64,000 nt of DNA from assembly GCA_043228905.1 (NCBI GenBank), contig JBHGNT010000002.1, positions 6,076,001-6,140,000 on the forward strand, read 5' to 3'. A model generated the notes under the pieces. The model saw only the letters and a program-made list of their open reading frames with translations, made no database searches and had not been told where the DNA came from. This document shows positions 1-14,099 of this stretch, piece by piece (the first letter of the stretch is position 1; each line of letters opens with the position of its first letter). The stretch is from Azolla caroliniana (Eukaryota; Plantae; Polypodiophyta). The position numbers and the translations under genes are program-made.

Positions 1-2178
1 TTAATCGTTGAGCCTAATCCTCTTGCCGTAACACCCCTTTGGTGAAGTGTCTTCTGTAGACACCCTCTGTTAGGCCATTGTCCGGCCCTAAGAGTTAACA
101 CAAGTCCGACTCTTTGTTGTTCATCCGGCAAGGTCCGGAAGGTCCAGTTTACATCGTGGTGTACGTTGATGATCTAGTCATCACCGGACTCGGACTCGAT
201 GAAATCAGTTGAGTCAAGTCCTAGCTATCAAACGCATTTGAAATGAAGAACCTGGGGACCTTTACTATTTCCTTGGGATCGAGGTGATTCAAACACTTGA
301 CGGCATATTGCTCTCACAAAGGCACTATGTGTTGAATATGTTGTACAAGTTCGGCATGACGGACTGCCGACTGATCTCCACTCTCCGTCCCAACTCCGAA
401 CCGGCCTGCGATGAGAAGCGGTTCCGACAAATTGTTAGAAGCCTTATATATTTAACAATCACCCAACCTGACATCAGTTATCCAGTCGGCGTGATCAGCC
501 AATATATGTAGAAGCCGACCATGGAGCACCTTCTGTGCGTGCATCAAATTTTGCGATATGTGAGCGGCACGAAGGAACGGGGATTGTTATACCGGCATGG
601 TATAACTGAAGAGCTAGTCGGCTACACCGATGCCGACTGGGCCGATGATGCATCGGATCACCGATCCACCTCTGGCTATATGTTTTCCCTTGGTAGTGCG
701 GCTATAGCGTGGAGCAGCAAAAAGCAGCCGATAGTGGCCCTTTCGAGCACTAAGGTTGAATACTAGGGCACTACTGTTGCCACCTCTGAAGCCATTTAGC
801 TTCGGTGACTGCTGCAAGACCTATGGATCGAGGTGTCGACCCCGATCCTGATTTACTGGGACAACATAAGCAGCATACAGCTTGCCAAGAACCCCGTATT
901 CCATGCTCGCACAAAGCAAATAGAGGTGCACTACCACTTCGTGCGTGAGCGTGTCCTGAGCGGTGAAGTCGAACTTCGATATGTTCATACAAATCGGCAA
1001 GTTGCCGACATCTTCACCAAACCGCTCGGGTCGGATAAGTTGTAGCACTTCACCGAAATCCTTGGTGTTCAGCATCTCAACGTGCCACACTTGAGGGGGA
1101 GAACTGGCAAAGACACCGGAATGGGCAAAGGGAAAGAAACTGTCGATTGCGCCGGTGAGGGAAGAACCGACAATGGGAGAAACAAGAAGAAGAAAGGAGC
1201 CGAGTCGACAAAGGAAGTTGACACATCCGAACATGTCAGAACAAGCGGCAACGACGGCAGAGTCAAGAAGGACAGAGCCGATTGGAAGAAGATGGCCAAG
1301 ACCCGGACATGGTTCGATGTGGTGAAGGGCTTGGAACCGGAAGACGAATCGGGAGCGACCGATTCAGACAAGAGTTGGAACAAATCGGAGACAACCGATT
1401 TGGTTCAATAGGGGGATTCGGAAGAACCGGATCGATTCAAGGCCAAGTGGATGAGAAGGCAGCGAAAGTTGACGCCAACATGAAGGAATCGGCGAATCAG
1501 CAAGCACCCAAAGTCACAGCAGTGATGGAGCCGAATTGGGCCTATTGAGCAGACAAGCCGACCAAGGAGGTTGAGGTGCCCAGGAATAGAAGGGTCACGA
1601 CAAATGGGACCGGACCGGACGAGGAGCGCGAGCGAGGCGGAGTGACACCAGAAAGAGTCAAGTGGAAGGACCGGTTGCCATGGATACTAACACTACGATC
1701 CGACCTCAAGTTGAGCTTGAGGGGGAGTGTTGAGCGGCAAGCTCAACCGGATCCGGATCGGCTGAAGAAGCCTAAGCCGGATCGGCATCCGGAAGGATGA
1801 GCCGGATCAGTTAGACGATGACCAAGTGAGCCGGTGAGCTAGGGAGCCGGTTAGCCAGATCAAGCAATAACCGGAAGCCAAGTAGCAGCTAGACTACTAG
1901 GTAGTTAAGGTCTTATAGTTAGTGTCAGATGCTCATGTGAGCATTGAAGTACACCGTACTTCTGTTAGTCCGTATGGACTTGTATAAAAGTGTTCACTGA
2001 ACACATACGATGTACAGAGTATTACAGAGTTTTAGAGTTATTTTTTAATAGAGTCTTATGTTCTGCTCTTTCTCTCCCTCTCTTTCTCTCCCGCGTACTG
2101 TGTATATTCAAGCTCTCCATTAAACCTACGTTTCTGTGTTTTCGGTTTTCTATTGCTTCCGCACACTATTCTTTCACA
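1..2178 (+). mobile_element. Ty1/copia family B, 3' portion (RT, RNase H, 3' extension, PPT, 3' LTR); degenerate
   Basis: RT YVDD motif (gtgtacgttgatgat ~160), RNase H motifs GYTDADWA, WSSKKQP and [21 protein letters not shown] broken by stops; PPT TTGAGGGGGAG at 1717-1727; LTR TG...CA at 1728-2178 resembles the LTRs at 15680 and 26031. Confidence 0.92.
1728..2178 (+). repeat. 3' LTR of family B copia element
   Basis: Starts TGTTGAG directly after the PPT and ends ...GCTTCCGCACACTATTCTTTCACA like the other B LTRs; TATAAAAG at ~1984. Confidence 0.85.
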
Positions 2179-2666
2179 ATATCTCCAAAACATGCTTTAA
2201 ACTCACTAATAAACTCCTCGAAATTATTTAGCGAAGGAGATCCTTTTTCTAACAAAGGTGGGGTGAACCATGGTAACGTTGTACCACTATGTAATGTGCC
2301 TACTAGCACAGCTCGTGATGCATCGGTGGCATATCGAGAAGGATGCATTTGAATCACCACGCATACTTGATTAAGGAACCCTCTGAATTGTGATGGCGTT
2401 CCATCAAATTTAACGAGGAGACCAATCTTGGGCTCTTTAGGGATCCCTTGAGTACTTGGTCCTTGTTGTTGTAACGACATGATCGTTACTTCCAGCTGTT
2501 GCACTCTTAATGCCAACTCCCCATGTTGTTGGTGTGTTTTTTGCTTTTCTAAAGTGATTTCTTGAAGATCCCCAACAACCGTGGATTTTCTTGTTCCAAT
2601 GCTACGAACTTTTCCTTCAAGCTCCAAAAATATTGATTGACATTCTTGTGCGCTTACAATTGCCAT
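2179..2666 (-). pseudogene. Ty3/gypsy gag fragment (chromovirus-like capsid N-terminal region)
   Basis: ORF 2166-2666 reads PKEPKIGL..KFDGT..QFRGFLNQV...L.GTTLPWF...FKACFGD, typical of gypsy retrotransposon Gag; cut off by the copia LTR. Confidence 0.7.
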
Positions 2667-5600
2667 TTAACACTAATGGAAGGATTGATAAGAGGATTAA
2701 TATTAGAGGAAGGGAGGATAAGAAGGTATTAGGTTCAAATTGTCCTAAATAGTACTAGAGATAGAGAGGAGGGAAAGACTGAGAAAATCATGAGAGAGAG
2801 ATAGGGTGTGGAAAAGAGAAATATGATAACAAGAAGTATATTATGTGAAGAGGAGTACAAGGATAACTAAAGCTTAGAATGGGTGTTCAATTGAATTAGT
2901 TCTGAATAGTGCCATATGCCTCTAACACGTTCGCATTCACAAGTGGAAGGATCACGCATTCCACTTATAGATTGCTTTTATAATCTTGTGATTTTAGGTA
3001 GTTTTCAAAAACTTGATACATCAGTATCATATGTTTTAAATAACATATAAATTTTGTTGTTTTTTAAAGATTTAACAAGTGTCAAAATGATAATTTCTAA
3101 AATTGAATAGTTTTTCAATAAATGTTTAAATGTTGACGGTTTGCATATATGAAATCTAGTTAACTTAAAGAAAATCACAATGGTTAACTCAAGGCACAAG
3201 TTAAGATTAATGGTTTCATCATCTAGAGAAGATGTAGGTTCCAGAAGTGGAAGTGACATCTATTGTTATACTTGAAAATGTTTTAAGTATAAGAGGTAAC
3301 CCTATAATCCTTAGTGTCATCATTTATAAATTTAGTGCTCATCAACATCCACAAATTCACAACTCAAGAAATGTAGACAATATTCATAAATAGTTTTGAT
3401 AAATTCACAACTCCAAAAATATAGACAATATTCATAATTTGTCAAAACTGTCAAACTTAGATGTGAGCATTAATATATCAATTTGAGCATATCACATAGT
3501 TATCAGGGTATCCACACTGCTCTCCTCTTCTTCCTTTTGAGAACTCCCCTACAAAATTTATGCAATATTATCTACTCCACATAAGCTAGCAATGATAGGG
3601 TTCTCCAATAGCTTGTTGACAAAATCAATAAGTTCCTTAGGTTCACCAACTAATGCAGGAATAGGTTCATGGGATGTAGATTGAAAATGTTAAGTCTTTA
3701 ATCCCCATGTTAATAAAATTCACTTGCTCGTTGTCCTTTTTAAGTGCAACAATATTTCTGAATAACATCAATGCAAATGCAAATGTAGTACCCATTAACA
3801 ATTAAAAATGAAAAGTGTTTTAGCCAAACATAAACTATATTGATTTCTAGAGGCATAGCAAACAAAGTTATAATAATTTACCCGAGCCAGAGAACAAATC
3901 TAGTATCCAATCTCCTTCATTGGAGAACATTTCAAATGACACATATCAATATTAAGTAGAATGTGTTGATGGGAGAAAATCAAAACTCTCCATGTAATAT
4001 AAGCAAGGTTTTCTATCCCATGACAATGAGATCTTAAGGCCTATGCTATAGAGTATCCTTGGTACATGCCATGGAATACAACAATTCTTCATAAGGATAT
4101 TGTCTGTGCAAAATCTTTCACCATCTTCCCAAGTTATTTAAACATAAATGGTTCATAATCATATGTTTATCCAACCATACAAAATCCGTATGGTAGCTCA
4201 ATAATCAATAATATGTATTCCTTCATTGGCAATATGTGTATCATCTTAGCCACATCACCACAATAGATATTATAACATAAATCCTAGGTGATATCTTTTT
4301 TGTGGCTAAATTTCTTTAAATTGCTACCATCTTCTACACCATATGCCTTCACTAAATGGTAGTCCTTTTCTTTCTATGCTCTTTCAAGATGTGCAAGAAA
4401 TGATGTAGGAAAATCAAGAATATCTTTAACTTCTCTCAGTTTCTTACTATCACTATCTTGGTATATCATTGTTGAACAATTTTTCTTTGCTCTCTGACTA
4501 TACATGGCTTCCTCACATTAAGCAGATTCTAAAGGAGAGCCTCGATTATTCAAACAAATTTTCTTGACTATACACTCATCCCGATTTTCAGTTGACCTTG
4601 TAGGCGCAAGATCAAAAAATATAGAGAAACTCAATTATATGAACCAATATGTGATTTCTAACAACTTATATGTTTAAAGACAACTTAAATCTAGAAAAAG
4701 GCTCTAAATGCCAAAAAGAGACATGTAGATCTGAAATATCGCAAAAACTAATGAACTTTTGTTAAATAATATGTGAAAAAACCACTAAATAGTGCAGTAA
4801 AAACACTCCCATCAATCAAATTTTCTAATGGGAAATCCTGAAAAAATAGAAATTCATTACAAAATTAGAGAATATTTGTTAAAATATACAATTTATTCAG
4901 TAACTCAATAATTTTAATAGTAAAATAGAGACTTCGTAGTACAAATCAATACAATATATTGAGTTTATATTGTTTTCCCATTAAAAAACCAAAACAATTA
5001 AAAACAAATATTAAAAATTTTCTTTTACTGCCTTAATGTTGATCTCCATAGTTTGCTCAATCCATAATAGAGAAACATTTATGTGGAACTAAGGATGACA
5101 ACATGAGCATAACTCAGGTGCTAAAAAAACTTGCATGAACTTAAGGTGTGAATATTAATAGCTACACATGTAGATGGCCATGACGTAGGGCACAAATTCT
5201 AGATTGGTAAAGTTTTGGATGTGGTGATGCATTAAACCTTTGTAATACATCTATAATTGACATTAGTGAGGTGAATATCATTATGTATGACTTTACATTG
5301 AAAAAAGTTGGAGGTTTAAGGAAGATAACAATAGACATAATAAAATAGATATTACCAAGTCTAGAAAATGTCTCAGATTGATGGCAAACAAGATTTAGTA
5401 CACAGAATTTGGAGACACCATTTGGTGAAGACAATGATTTGATTGGTACCTTTGAAAATGAGGAGGAAGAGTCACAACTGTATATTAGTTATAGTAGCGA
5501 TTCTCATGAAAGGAGTGATCATAGTGATGCAAATAACTAGCGAATGTATTTTTTGTGCAACAATATGTAACAAATTTAGACAGCATTTTAACGAATGATA

Positions 5601-5869
5601 TAAAAAAGTTGATTTTTTGAAATCTTTTGCTTCTAAAATCCTTAAGATCTAAAAACGTATTAGTTGTCATTTTTCCTTAAAAATACACAAAGTTATTTCT
5701 CGTATTTGACCGAAATTTGGCATTTTTCAATTTTACCAAATGGTGAAATTTTCAAAATTTTCATCTAGTTTTTGAGAGCATGTGATACTAGTATCAAGGT
5801 GTTTTGTGAAATGGTAGAAAAAACCCCAAAATCAAATGGAATATTCCTTATCCTTCCACTTGTGAACAG

Positions 5870-6078
5870 GAACGTGTTCTCTATTTATAATATTATCAAG
5901 AGTATTCCTGAAATTTCTAGAATGTTCCAGAGTAATATAGAATATATATCAATTTTCTGTAATGAAATAAAAATGAAAATAATGTCTTGTGTGTTACAAT
6001 GAATAATATAATGGTATGGCCTCAACCTGTGTAATATAAGGTCATGGGTTCAATTCCTTTTGACACCATATCATGATA
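5870..6078 (-). mobile_element. Truncated LTR fragment, same family as the LTR at 57538-57968
   Basis: Reverse complement (TATCATGATATGG...GAACCCATGACCTTAT...GGAACATTCTAGAAAT...TACTCTTGA) aligns by eye with 57538-57730. Confidence 0.7.
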
Positions 6079-9000
6079 GAGGGTTGTACACTCTTGAAGC
6101 TTCGACCTCCATGATATGCCACCACCGCCATAGGTGAAGATGTATCCACCGCCTCCCAGTGCTTCTTTCTTGGGTTCGACATGTACCTACTCATGACCCC
6201 TACAACATATGTAAGGTCGTGTTAGGTCACCACCATTGTGTACATGATACTTCCTATGGCCGATGCGTAGGGTATCTTTCCATTGAGTTTTCTCTCCTCC
6301 TCAGTCGATGGAGAGTCTTTGTTTGATAGTCAAAACGACATCGAAGCGAAGTGCCGGCTTCGCATTCTCCATGTTGAATCACCTTAGCACCTTCCGGATG
6401 TAATCAGACTAGGAGAGCTGGAGGGTCTTTGTTGTCCGATTTCTTGGATTCCTTTGTTGCTTCTGATGTGTCTATATACTTAGCCTCCATTGTCGATAGT
6501 GTCGTGCAGTCATGTAACTTCAACCTCCATGATATGGCGCCACCGTCGTAGGTGAACATGTAACCTGAAGTGGATTTCCGATTGTCGGGGTTGTCGGCAT
6601 AATTGGAATCCATATAGCCTTCAACTTCAGTCAGATTGTCCGATCTGAAAGTCAGCTGCAAATCTTCTTCCTTGTAGGTACCGGAAGATGTTCTTCACAT
6701 CTTCCCAATGCTTCCATCTGGGATAGAAGATGTATCGGTTGATGACCCCTACAACATTTGCAAGGTCAAGTTGGGTCACCAGCATTGCCCATGAGACTTC
6801 GCACGGCCGAAGTGTAGAGTATTTGGCTCATGAACAATTTCTCCTCCTCTATAAATGGAGAGTCTCTATCTGTTAGTTAGAGAGACTTCGGAAGTGGAGT
6901 TGGTGTCGTCTTCACATTCTCCATGTTGAAGTGCCTCAACACCTTTTGAGATGTAGTCAGATTGGGAGAGCCAAAGGGTCTTTGCTATCTGATTTCACTC
7001 TATCTGCATGCCCAATATGCATCGGGCTTTTCACAGCTCCTTCACGGTGAATGTCTCATGAAGGCTCCATTTCAAGTTTTCGATTTTTGCTCGATTGTTG
7101 CTTGCGATGAGCATGTCGTCGAAATATAGGATTAGATATATCTAGGACTCATTGGCCAATTGCCAAATGTACATGCATGGGTCAAAGTATCAAATTTCTG
7201 ATAACACATTCTTGGTGCTTGTTGTAGGCCATAAAAGTTCTTCTTTAGCCAATAGAGGAGGTTACCTTGCTCCCTCGTCCCCATAAATCTTGCTAGTTGA
7301 GACATGTGAATGTGTTCATCGAGATCTCCATGGAGGAAAGTTGTCTTCACATCTAGTTGTTGTCGCCATGACTCTGAGTACGAGCCGAAGGATGGTCATC
7401 TTGACTACCGACGAGAAGATGTTGTCATAATCGACCTCGTGTTCTTGCTTGAACCCTTTGGTGATGATCCAAGCTTTGTACTTGGTTCGTTTAGAACCAA
7501 ATATATACTTGTATTGGAAGACCCACTTACAAGATAGCGGCTTCCATTTGGCTGGTAGTTCGACCAACTCCCATGTGTTATTTTCCTTGATTGAGTCCAA
7601 CTAAGATTGCATGTCTTGTAGCCATGTGTCAGCGTCCGGAGTGACGATAGCTTCCTCATAGGAGGTTGGTTCGTCTGCATCCGTGTAATTGACATAGTAG
7701 AGGCCTAGTTGGTAGAACTTTGTGAACCCTTTATCGTCCACTTCTCCTTCGTGCCGATATGGCATTACTTGAACCATCTTCAGGAATCTGTGTAAATGAT
7801 CTGCTTCGGCAATCATCATGTGTTGATATCAGATCATCCCCGTCTCCATTGGGACTGTAAATAAAATGAGGAGCAAGAGTGCCTGAGATGCAGATGAAGG
7901 ACTCTGTGTGTGTGTGTGTGTGTATGCACGTAAGGCAAAACAGAGAGAGAGAGTGAGAGAGCTTAAGACAAAAATAAAAGATTGTATATTACGTTAACCA
8001 AAATACTTCCAACTGTAACTAAGTTACAAGGGTTTGGTTTAAATACCAACTAAACTAGGGCAAGTGCCCTTTCTACTATTTACAAAACTAGCTTGGTATG
8101 ACCATGACCTAGTGTGAAACCTATTACTATGGGAAGTTGAGTTCGATTCTCAACACGCCACTTCGAACACAACTTCCATTTGTCGAAAGGTTGTTTCGGT
8201 TCTGTCTTCAGAATCCGGCTTCCGGCGTTCGTAATCCTCAAACAAGATTGTTCGGCTTTTCGTCTTCATGCTCGTGTTGCGTACTCACGTATCGTTGCAT
8301 GTTGCGTACTTGATCAATTGCGTATAGTGCGCGTGTTGCTCGCAGTACTCCCCCTCAAGCTCGACAATGTGGATGTCATGAGACCAAGATCCGATATGAA
8401 TTGCCCGAGCTTTTCGACTCTTCTTGAGGTGGCACACGTCGTTCAGATGATTGCATGATTCAAAACCGGGTCGTTGGATCATGTACACCTCCTCTTCCAA
8501 TTTTCCTTGAAGAAAGGCATTCTTGACGTCCATCTAGTGAAGGTGCCACCCTTTTGCTGCCGCGATTGCAATTACGATCCGCACAGTTGTCATTTTTCCC
8601 ACCGAGGCAAAGGTCTCTTCGTAGTCTATGTCGTGCATTTGCACGTATCCTTTCGCAACGAGTCGTGCTTTAAAGCTATTTACGGAGCCGTTGGCATTGT
8701 GTTTCATTTTGTAAATCCATCAACAGCGAATTGCTTTCTTGTACGAGGTGTGCGGAACGAGATCCCATGTCTCGTTTTTGAATAATGCTTCCATTTCCTC
8801 ATTCATCGCATCAACCCATTGCAGATCCTTTACGGTTTCGGAAAGCGTCTCCAGTTCCCGTACTGACACTACCTTCATCATGAAGGCGTAATGGTACGCC
8901 ATATAATCGTTGTAGCCAAAACGGCTTACGGGTTTCTTTTCACGGGTCGATTGACAGAGTTTGTCCTTTGCGGATACTAGGGCTTTCTTCGCTCCATCTA

Positions 9001-11711
9001 TCCGGATGATTCGGATGTCCAGGCCTTCGAACTCACTATCGAGGGAGTGAATCGACGTGTTGTCGATTGGATCTTCATATTCGAACATCTTGGCCTTCCC
9101 TTTGTCGAGTTTTGGACTCGGGGGCTCCCGTAGTCTAGTAAGCCATGTCGTAATCAAGCTTTCTTCAAACATGCATCCGAGCCGATCTTCGTCTTCTATC
9201 TCCAATTCGGCGGATTTCAGGTCGAGCGGAGTCAGAGTCGAAGTTGTTTTTGGTGCGTACAAGGATGCGGACTCGTCAAAAACTACGTCTCAACTTGTTT
9301 GACCTTTTCAAGCAGATGGGTTGTAGCATTTGTACCCCTTTTGTTCGAGTGAGTATCCTACGAGGATACATTTCTCTCACTTCGGGCTTGGGGGCTCCCG
9401 TGGTCCACTAAGTCATGTCGTAATCGGGCTTTCTTCGAACATGCATGTTAGCCGATCTTCGTCTTCTATCTCCATTTCGGCAGATTCCGGGTTGAGCGGA
9501 GTCAGAGTCGAGGTTGTTTCTAGTCGATCCATATTCGGAATCAACTCGTGGAACTTTTGCCAATTCGGATTCGGTAGGGGGGCCACTAGTTTGTTCGACT
9601 TCCACAATTTATCAAGTGGTAGATCGGCTCGTCTTCATCCAATTGGGTGAGATTGAATTAGACTCTTTTGTGGACCTTCGGTAGGGTCCGGTCGGAGAGT
9701 ATGGAGTCTTGATTGAAGACTATGTATTACTTAGAATAAGCCTTGGAATTTCTGAATCCATATCCGATAGCCGAATTCCCCATCGGATCCATAACCGAGA
9801 AATATGCACTTTAGTGCATTGAGTGCCAACTTGGTCCTCTTGTCCCTAGGGATGAAGGCGTAAGCTTCGCATCCAAATGTATGGAGCATATTGAATGTCA
9901 ATTGTTTGCCAGACCATAGTGCATGTGCCACTTTGAGCTAGATTTCTCTAGACAGTGAAAGATTGATCAAATAAATTGTCGGGTGTAGTGCCTCGACCTA
10001 AAAGTTCAGCTTTAGTCCGGTCTACTAAAGGATTGTCGTCGCTCTCTCTTGGATCGTCCGGTTCATCCATTCTACCAGGCTATTTTGCATGGGGGTATAT
10101 GGAACAATCTTTTAGTGCCGAATCCCTTTGTTGGTTAGGTACTTTTTGAAGGCTTGGGAGGTGTATTCACCTCCATTGTCAAACCGGATTGTCTTCACTT
10201 GGTGTCCAAATAGGTTCTCCACTTGCACTAGTCACCGAGAGAAGACCTCGCGTACTACATCTTTGAACTTCATTGAATAAGCCCAAACCTTCCGTGTACA
10301 ATCATAAACAAAGATGGTGAAGTACTGAGACCCTCCTATTGATCTTTCGGGCATCAACCCATAGATATCGGTGTGGACCAGTTCTAGGGGTTGTCGTTTC
10401 GTCTCATAATTGAGAGAGTGTGGACTTTGGGTCTATTTCCGAACGAAAATGTTTGCAGAAGTCCATCTTTTTCTGGAGTTTTAGGATGTAGCCAATTGCC
10501 ATTAGCCAGTCCAGTCCAGCGTGGGACATATGGTTGAGTTGGCCATGCCATAAGTTCAAATCCAACGATTCGGCTACATTCACCATGCCCTCTGAATTGA
10601 GCGAAATTAGCAAATATAGGTTGTTGTACTTGCATCCACACCCAATTTTCATGTTGCCTTGGCTGATCATCCATGACAACTCACTAAGAGTCATCCTGTA
10701 CCCAACTTCTGCTAACATGTCAATTGCGACCAGACTCCTTCGTAGCTCGGGTATGTGCTAGACTTGGTGCACGGTGATTGAATTATCATTTCGCAAATGA
10801 ATGTGGAACTTGCTGAACCTACGATAACACACTCCTGCCCATTGCTGAGTTGGACTGTGCCACCAGTTTTGATCGAATAGTTCAAAAATCATTCAATGTC
10901 AGGGGTCACGTGAAATGTGGCATTGGAGTCCATTAGCTAGGTTCGTGCTTCTTGTGCATTGTATACGACCTCACTAATCGAAGAGTTTTCAAATGAGAGG
11001 ACTTCTCTCGACCAGGATTCAACAATATTGATTTGATTGCCAATTTGGGAATGGTTTAAGTCAATCGATCCAGAATTCCGCTCGAATTGCCGCCCAATCC
11101 CTCGTTTAGCAGACCAGTAATCAACAATGTTGTGGACTACCTTTTTGCAATCGGATGGTCAACCTAGTTATCTCATCCATGGATCGCCATTCTTCTGCAG
11201 TCATTGACGTCGGCTTATCGCAATGATGTATTTTTTCAACTTGTCACCGGATGATAATAACATCCTGCATCATCTCCTTCCACAAGGCAAAGTTTTTGCC
11301 ATCGAATTTCCGTATTTCCACTCTTATGCCGGATGTTGAAGCCATATTTTGGGAGAAGTGAGAGATTTTGTGACCTTGTCTTTTCCTTAAGCCGATTTCT
11401 TTCTTGGGTCTGATGTTGTTATTGCTATTGGACTCCAATTGCTTTGATACCAAATGTTGAATAATATGAAGTTATTGCGGAATGTTGAGAACCTATGAGT
11501 GAACCAATGAGGACAAGGAATAGTATGAGGAACAAGAGAAGTAGACCATTACACAGAGTTGTTGCTTATGAGGCTATCTTCTTATTTTCACCCGTAGAAT
11601 TATGTTACAATACTTAGTCTCTCACATATATAGTTAGGGTAACTTAGCCCTCATTGTGAGGACATGTTCACACTAGATAGAAATGGGTGGAGTGGGACTT
11701 TTAGCCCAACA
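6079..11711 (-). mobile_element. Old Tork-like copia element (5' LTR, PBS, deleted gag, integrase, RT/RH fragments), interrupted by a family B fragment
   Basis: LTR TG..CA 11455-11711; PBS TGGTATCAAAGC 11441-11452; gag start KFDGKNFALWK; NLWHGQLNHMS; FGCEAYA; EPTSYEEA; GGAISWR; many stops; part of RT/RH appears twice (6079-6445 and 6500-7000). Confidence 0.8.
7856..9520 (-). mobile_element. Family B copia 3' fragment with 3' LTR (7856-8155); most of RT/RH deleted
   Basis: LTR begins TGTTGAGAATCGAACTCAAC on the minus strand; motifs RFGYNDYMAYHYAFM, KNETWDLVP and MDVKNAFLQG; RT jumps from CHLKKS straight to the Pol end (GAGCTTGAGGGGGAG ~8348-8362); 9378-9520 duplicates 9112-9250. Confidence 0.8.
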
Positions 11712-13680
11712 ATGAATATGCTATACAAATTTGGTAGGATAGATTGCCAATCCATCATGACTCATCTGGACAAGAACAAAAAGCTTTGCCACAATCTACT
11801 GTTGGCTTGCGATGCGACACGATTCCGATAGACTACCGGAAGCCTCATTTGTATGACGATCACCTGGCCATACCTCAATCATCTGGTCCACGTGATAAGT
11901 CAATTCTTGTCGATGCCGACGCTCGAGCACCTTCAATGCGTGCATCGAAGATTGTGTTATGTCAGTAGCACAAAGAACCGTGGGTTGCTGTATCGCCCCA
12001 ACATAACCGAATAGTTAGCTAGCTATACGGACGTTGATTGGAATGGAAACGCTAGCAATCACTAATCAACATCTGGTTATGCCTTCTCCTTGAGGAGTGT
12101 GGTGATCACTTGGTGCAACAAAAAGTAGCCGACAATAGCACTATCGAGCATTGAGGCCTAATATAAACGAGCGGTTGTCGCTTCATACGAGACCATATAG
12201 CTCAAGTGGCTATTGAAGGATGTGCAAATGGAGGTTGTCGATCCAATGTCGATCTATTGTGACAACTTGAGCAGCATCTAGCTTGCGAAGAACCCAATCT
12301 TCCATGCTCACCTAAATACATACAAGTAAATTATCACTTTGTCCACGATCGCGCTCTCAGTGGTAAAGTCGAACTAAGTTATATTCATACCTATTGGCAA
12401 GTGGCTGATATCTTCACCAAACCCCTTGGACTCAACAAGTTACAACACTTCTTGGAGATGCTTGTTTTGCAGCATCTTGATGTGTCGTACTTCAGCGGGA
12501 AAGAAGAAGAAGTTGATAAGGGGAGAATAGAAGGAAGCACACCGGCTAGGAAGAGACTTGCTCACAAGGGGAGAAACAGAGAAGATGGGCCAAAGTTGGA
12601 GCCAGCCAAAGGCAAGGGGAGAGTCGATGGAGTAGATGAATTGGAAACAACCGATTCAGATAAAGGAGATGATTCGGATGAGCCAAATCATGTAAGCGCC
12701 GGATAAAGTAGAGGGCACCAAAGCCGTAGAGGTGGGAAGAAGGCTGATGAAGGACTAGACAGGTCGTGGAGCATGGGCCAAGAGGGGAGTTGACAAAAGG
12801 AGTTGGAGTGGAGGACCGGTTGTATTGAATGGCGACCTCAAGTTGAGCTTGAGGGGGAGTGTTGAGTGACAAGCTCAACATGAGCCGAATCGGCTAAAGG
12901 CAAAAACTCATAGTCAACTGAAGAAGCTGAAAGCTAGATTGGCTAAAGACGCTGACAGGCTGTGCATGCCAGATCGACTGATAACTCGACATGCCGCTAG
13001 GGCCTATATTCTTTTTTCCCCCAAAAAAGATACTACATTAGTATTAGAAAACATCATAAGGCTAAATATACAAGATATACTACCGATCCCCTATGTTTTT
13101 CTAAATTCTAACCATCGGCTTAAATAAACACTTTAGTGTTGAGTAAAACCACTCCACCTTATCAAAACGCCGTCTATAAAATATACCTATGTCCCAAATG
13201 GCATGAAACTCCACATGCCTAAGCTCCGCTTGATGCGTATTACCTTTTCTACTATCCAAAATCCCTCTGAGATTATGCACAATCTCTATCCAAATTTCCG
13301 AAATTATTTGGGTAGGTCTTTCAGTCACATTTTGAAATATCTTCAAACATCGAGCCTTCCAAATATACCAAATTGTAATAAGATTTTCCAATTGTAGGGC
13401 CTATATTCTTATTTTGGTAATAGGAATATTATAGGCAAGTTAGTGTTAGAGCTCACTTATGAGCATTAAAGTATTAGTCAATACTTGTATCAGCCACTGT
13501 GAGGGGCTTGTATATAAGTGCTTTGTGAGCACATTGTATGTACTAAGCATCTTTTGTAATAGAATTTTTGTTGTCACCTAAGATAATCTCTCTCTCTCTC
13601 AATGTCTATGTGCTTCATTCTATGTGTATTGTTGTTCGGCTGAACCGGCTATGTCTGGTGTGTACAAGCTTCTATAAACA
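11712..13680 (+). mobile_element. Family B copia 3' portion (RH, extension, PPT, 3' LTR from 12860), degenerate
   Basis: Remnant RH motifs including ADIFTKPLG; PPT TTGAGGGGGAG then TGTTGAGTGACAAGCTCAACA at 12860; the right LTR end (~13680) is approximate. Confidence 0.78.
13014..13394 (-). mobile_element. 5'-truncated LINE (L1-like ORF2 C-terminus) inserted in an LTR
   Basis: 16-bp TSD TAGGGCCTATATTCTT at 12998-13013 and 13395-13410; ORF 13101-13391 has WYIWKARCLKIF, matching the W-x-IW-x-x-R-x-x-x-IF motif of plant L1 ORF2 C-termini; short A-rich tail. Confidence 0.82.
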
Positions 13681-13999
13681 ACTCTTTTGAAAATGTCATA
13701 AGTTTTTGCTAATATAAAAGATTTCTTTTCCACAAAATTGAAATAGTGATTATGTAAACATATACAAAAGCTTTCCTTTTCTTTAATTTTCTATGTTAAT
13801 GATGAAACGAACCTATACACCATCTATGCTAATATATTAATTGCTTGAAAATGAACAAGTTGAAAGTTATTAGGAAACATTAACGAAGGCAAAACCGTTA
13901 TTGCTTATTAACAATTATTTCTATGGATGTTGTTATCACTAATCATTTATAAAATATTTCATTTATTTTCAATAATATTTGAAGACTCGAAAGGTAGAC

Positions 14000-14007
14000 T
14001 ATAAATA
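14000..14007 (+). promoter_or_regulatory. TATA box of the proline-rich protein gene
   Basis: CTATAAATA 100 bp upstream of the ATG in AT-rich non-repeat DNA. Confidence 0.6.
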
Positions 14008-14099
14008 GGCTAAAGGACTAGCTTATGTGCAACAACAAACTAACGTATTTACACATTCTATATAGTGTAAGTGACATCTAGTGCATATATTATAACATC

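Noticed and set aside
2900-5860. AT-rich stretch possibly derived from an old DNA transposon
   Set aside because: No recognisable transposase motif, terminal inverted repeat or TSD could be supported by eye
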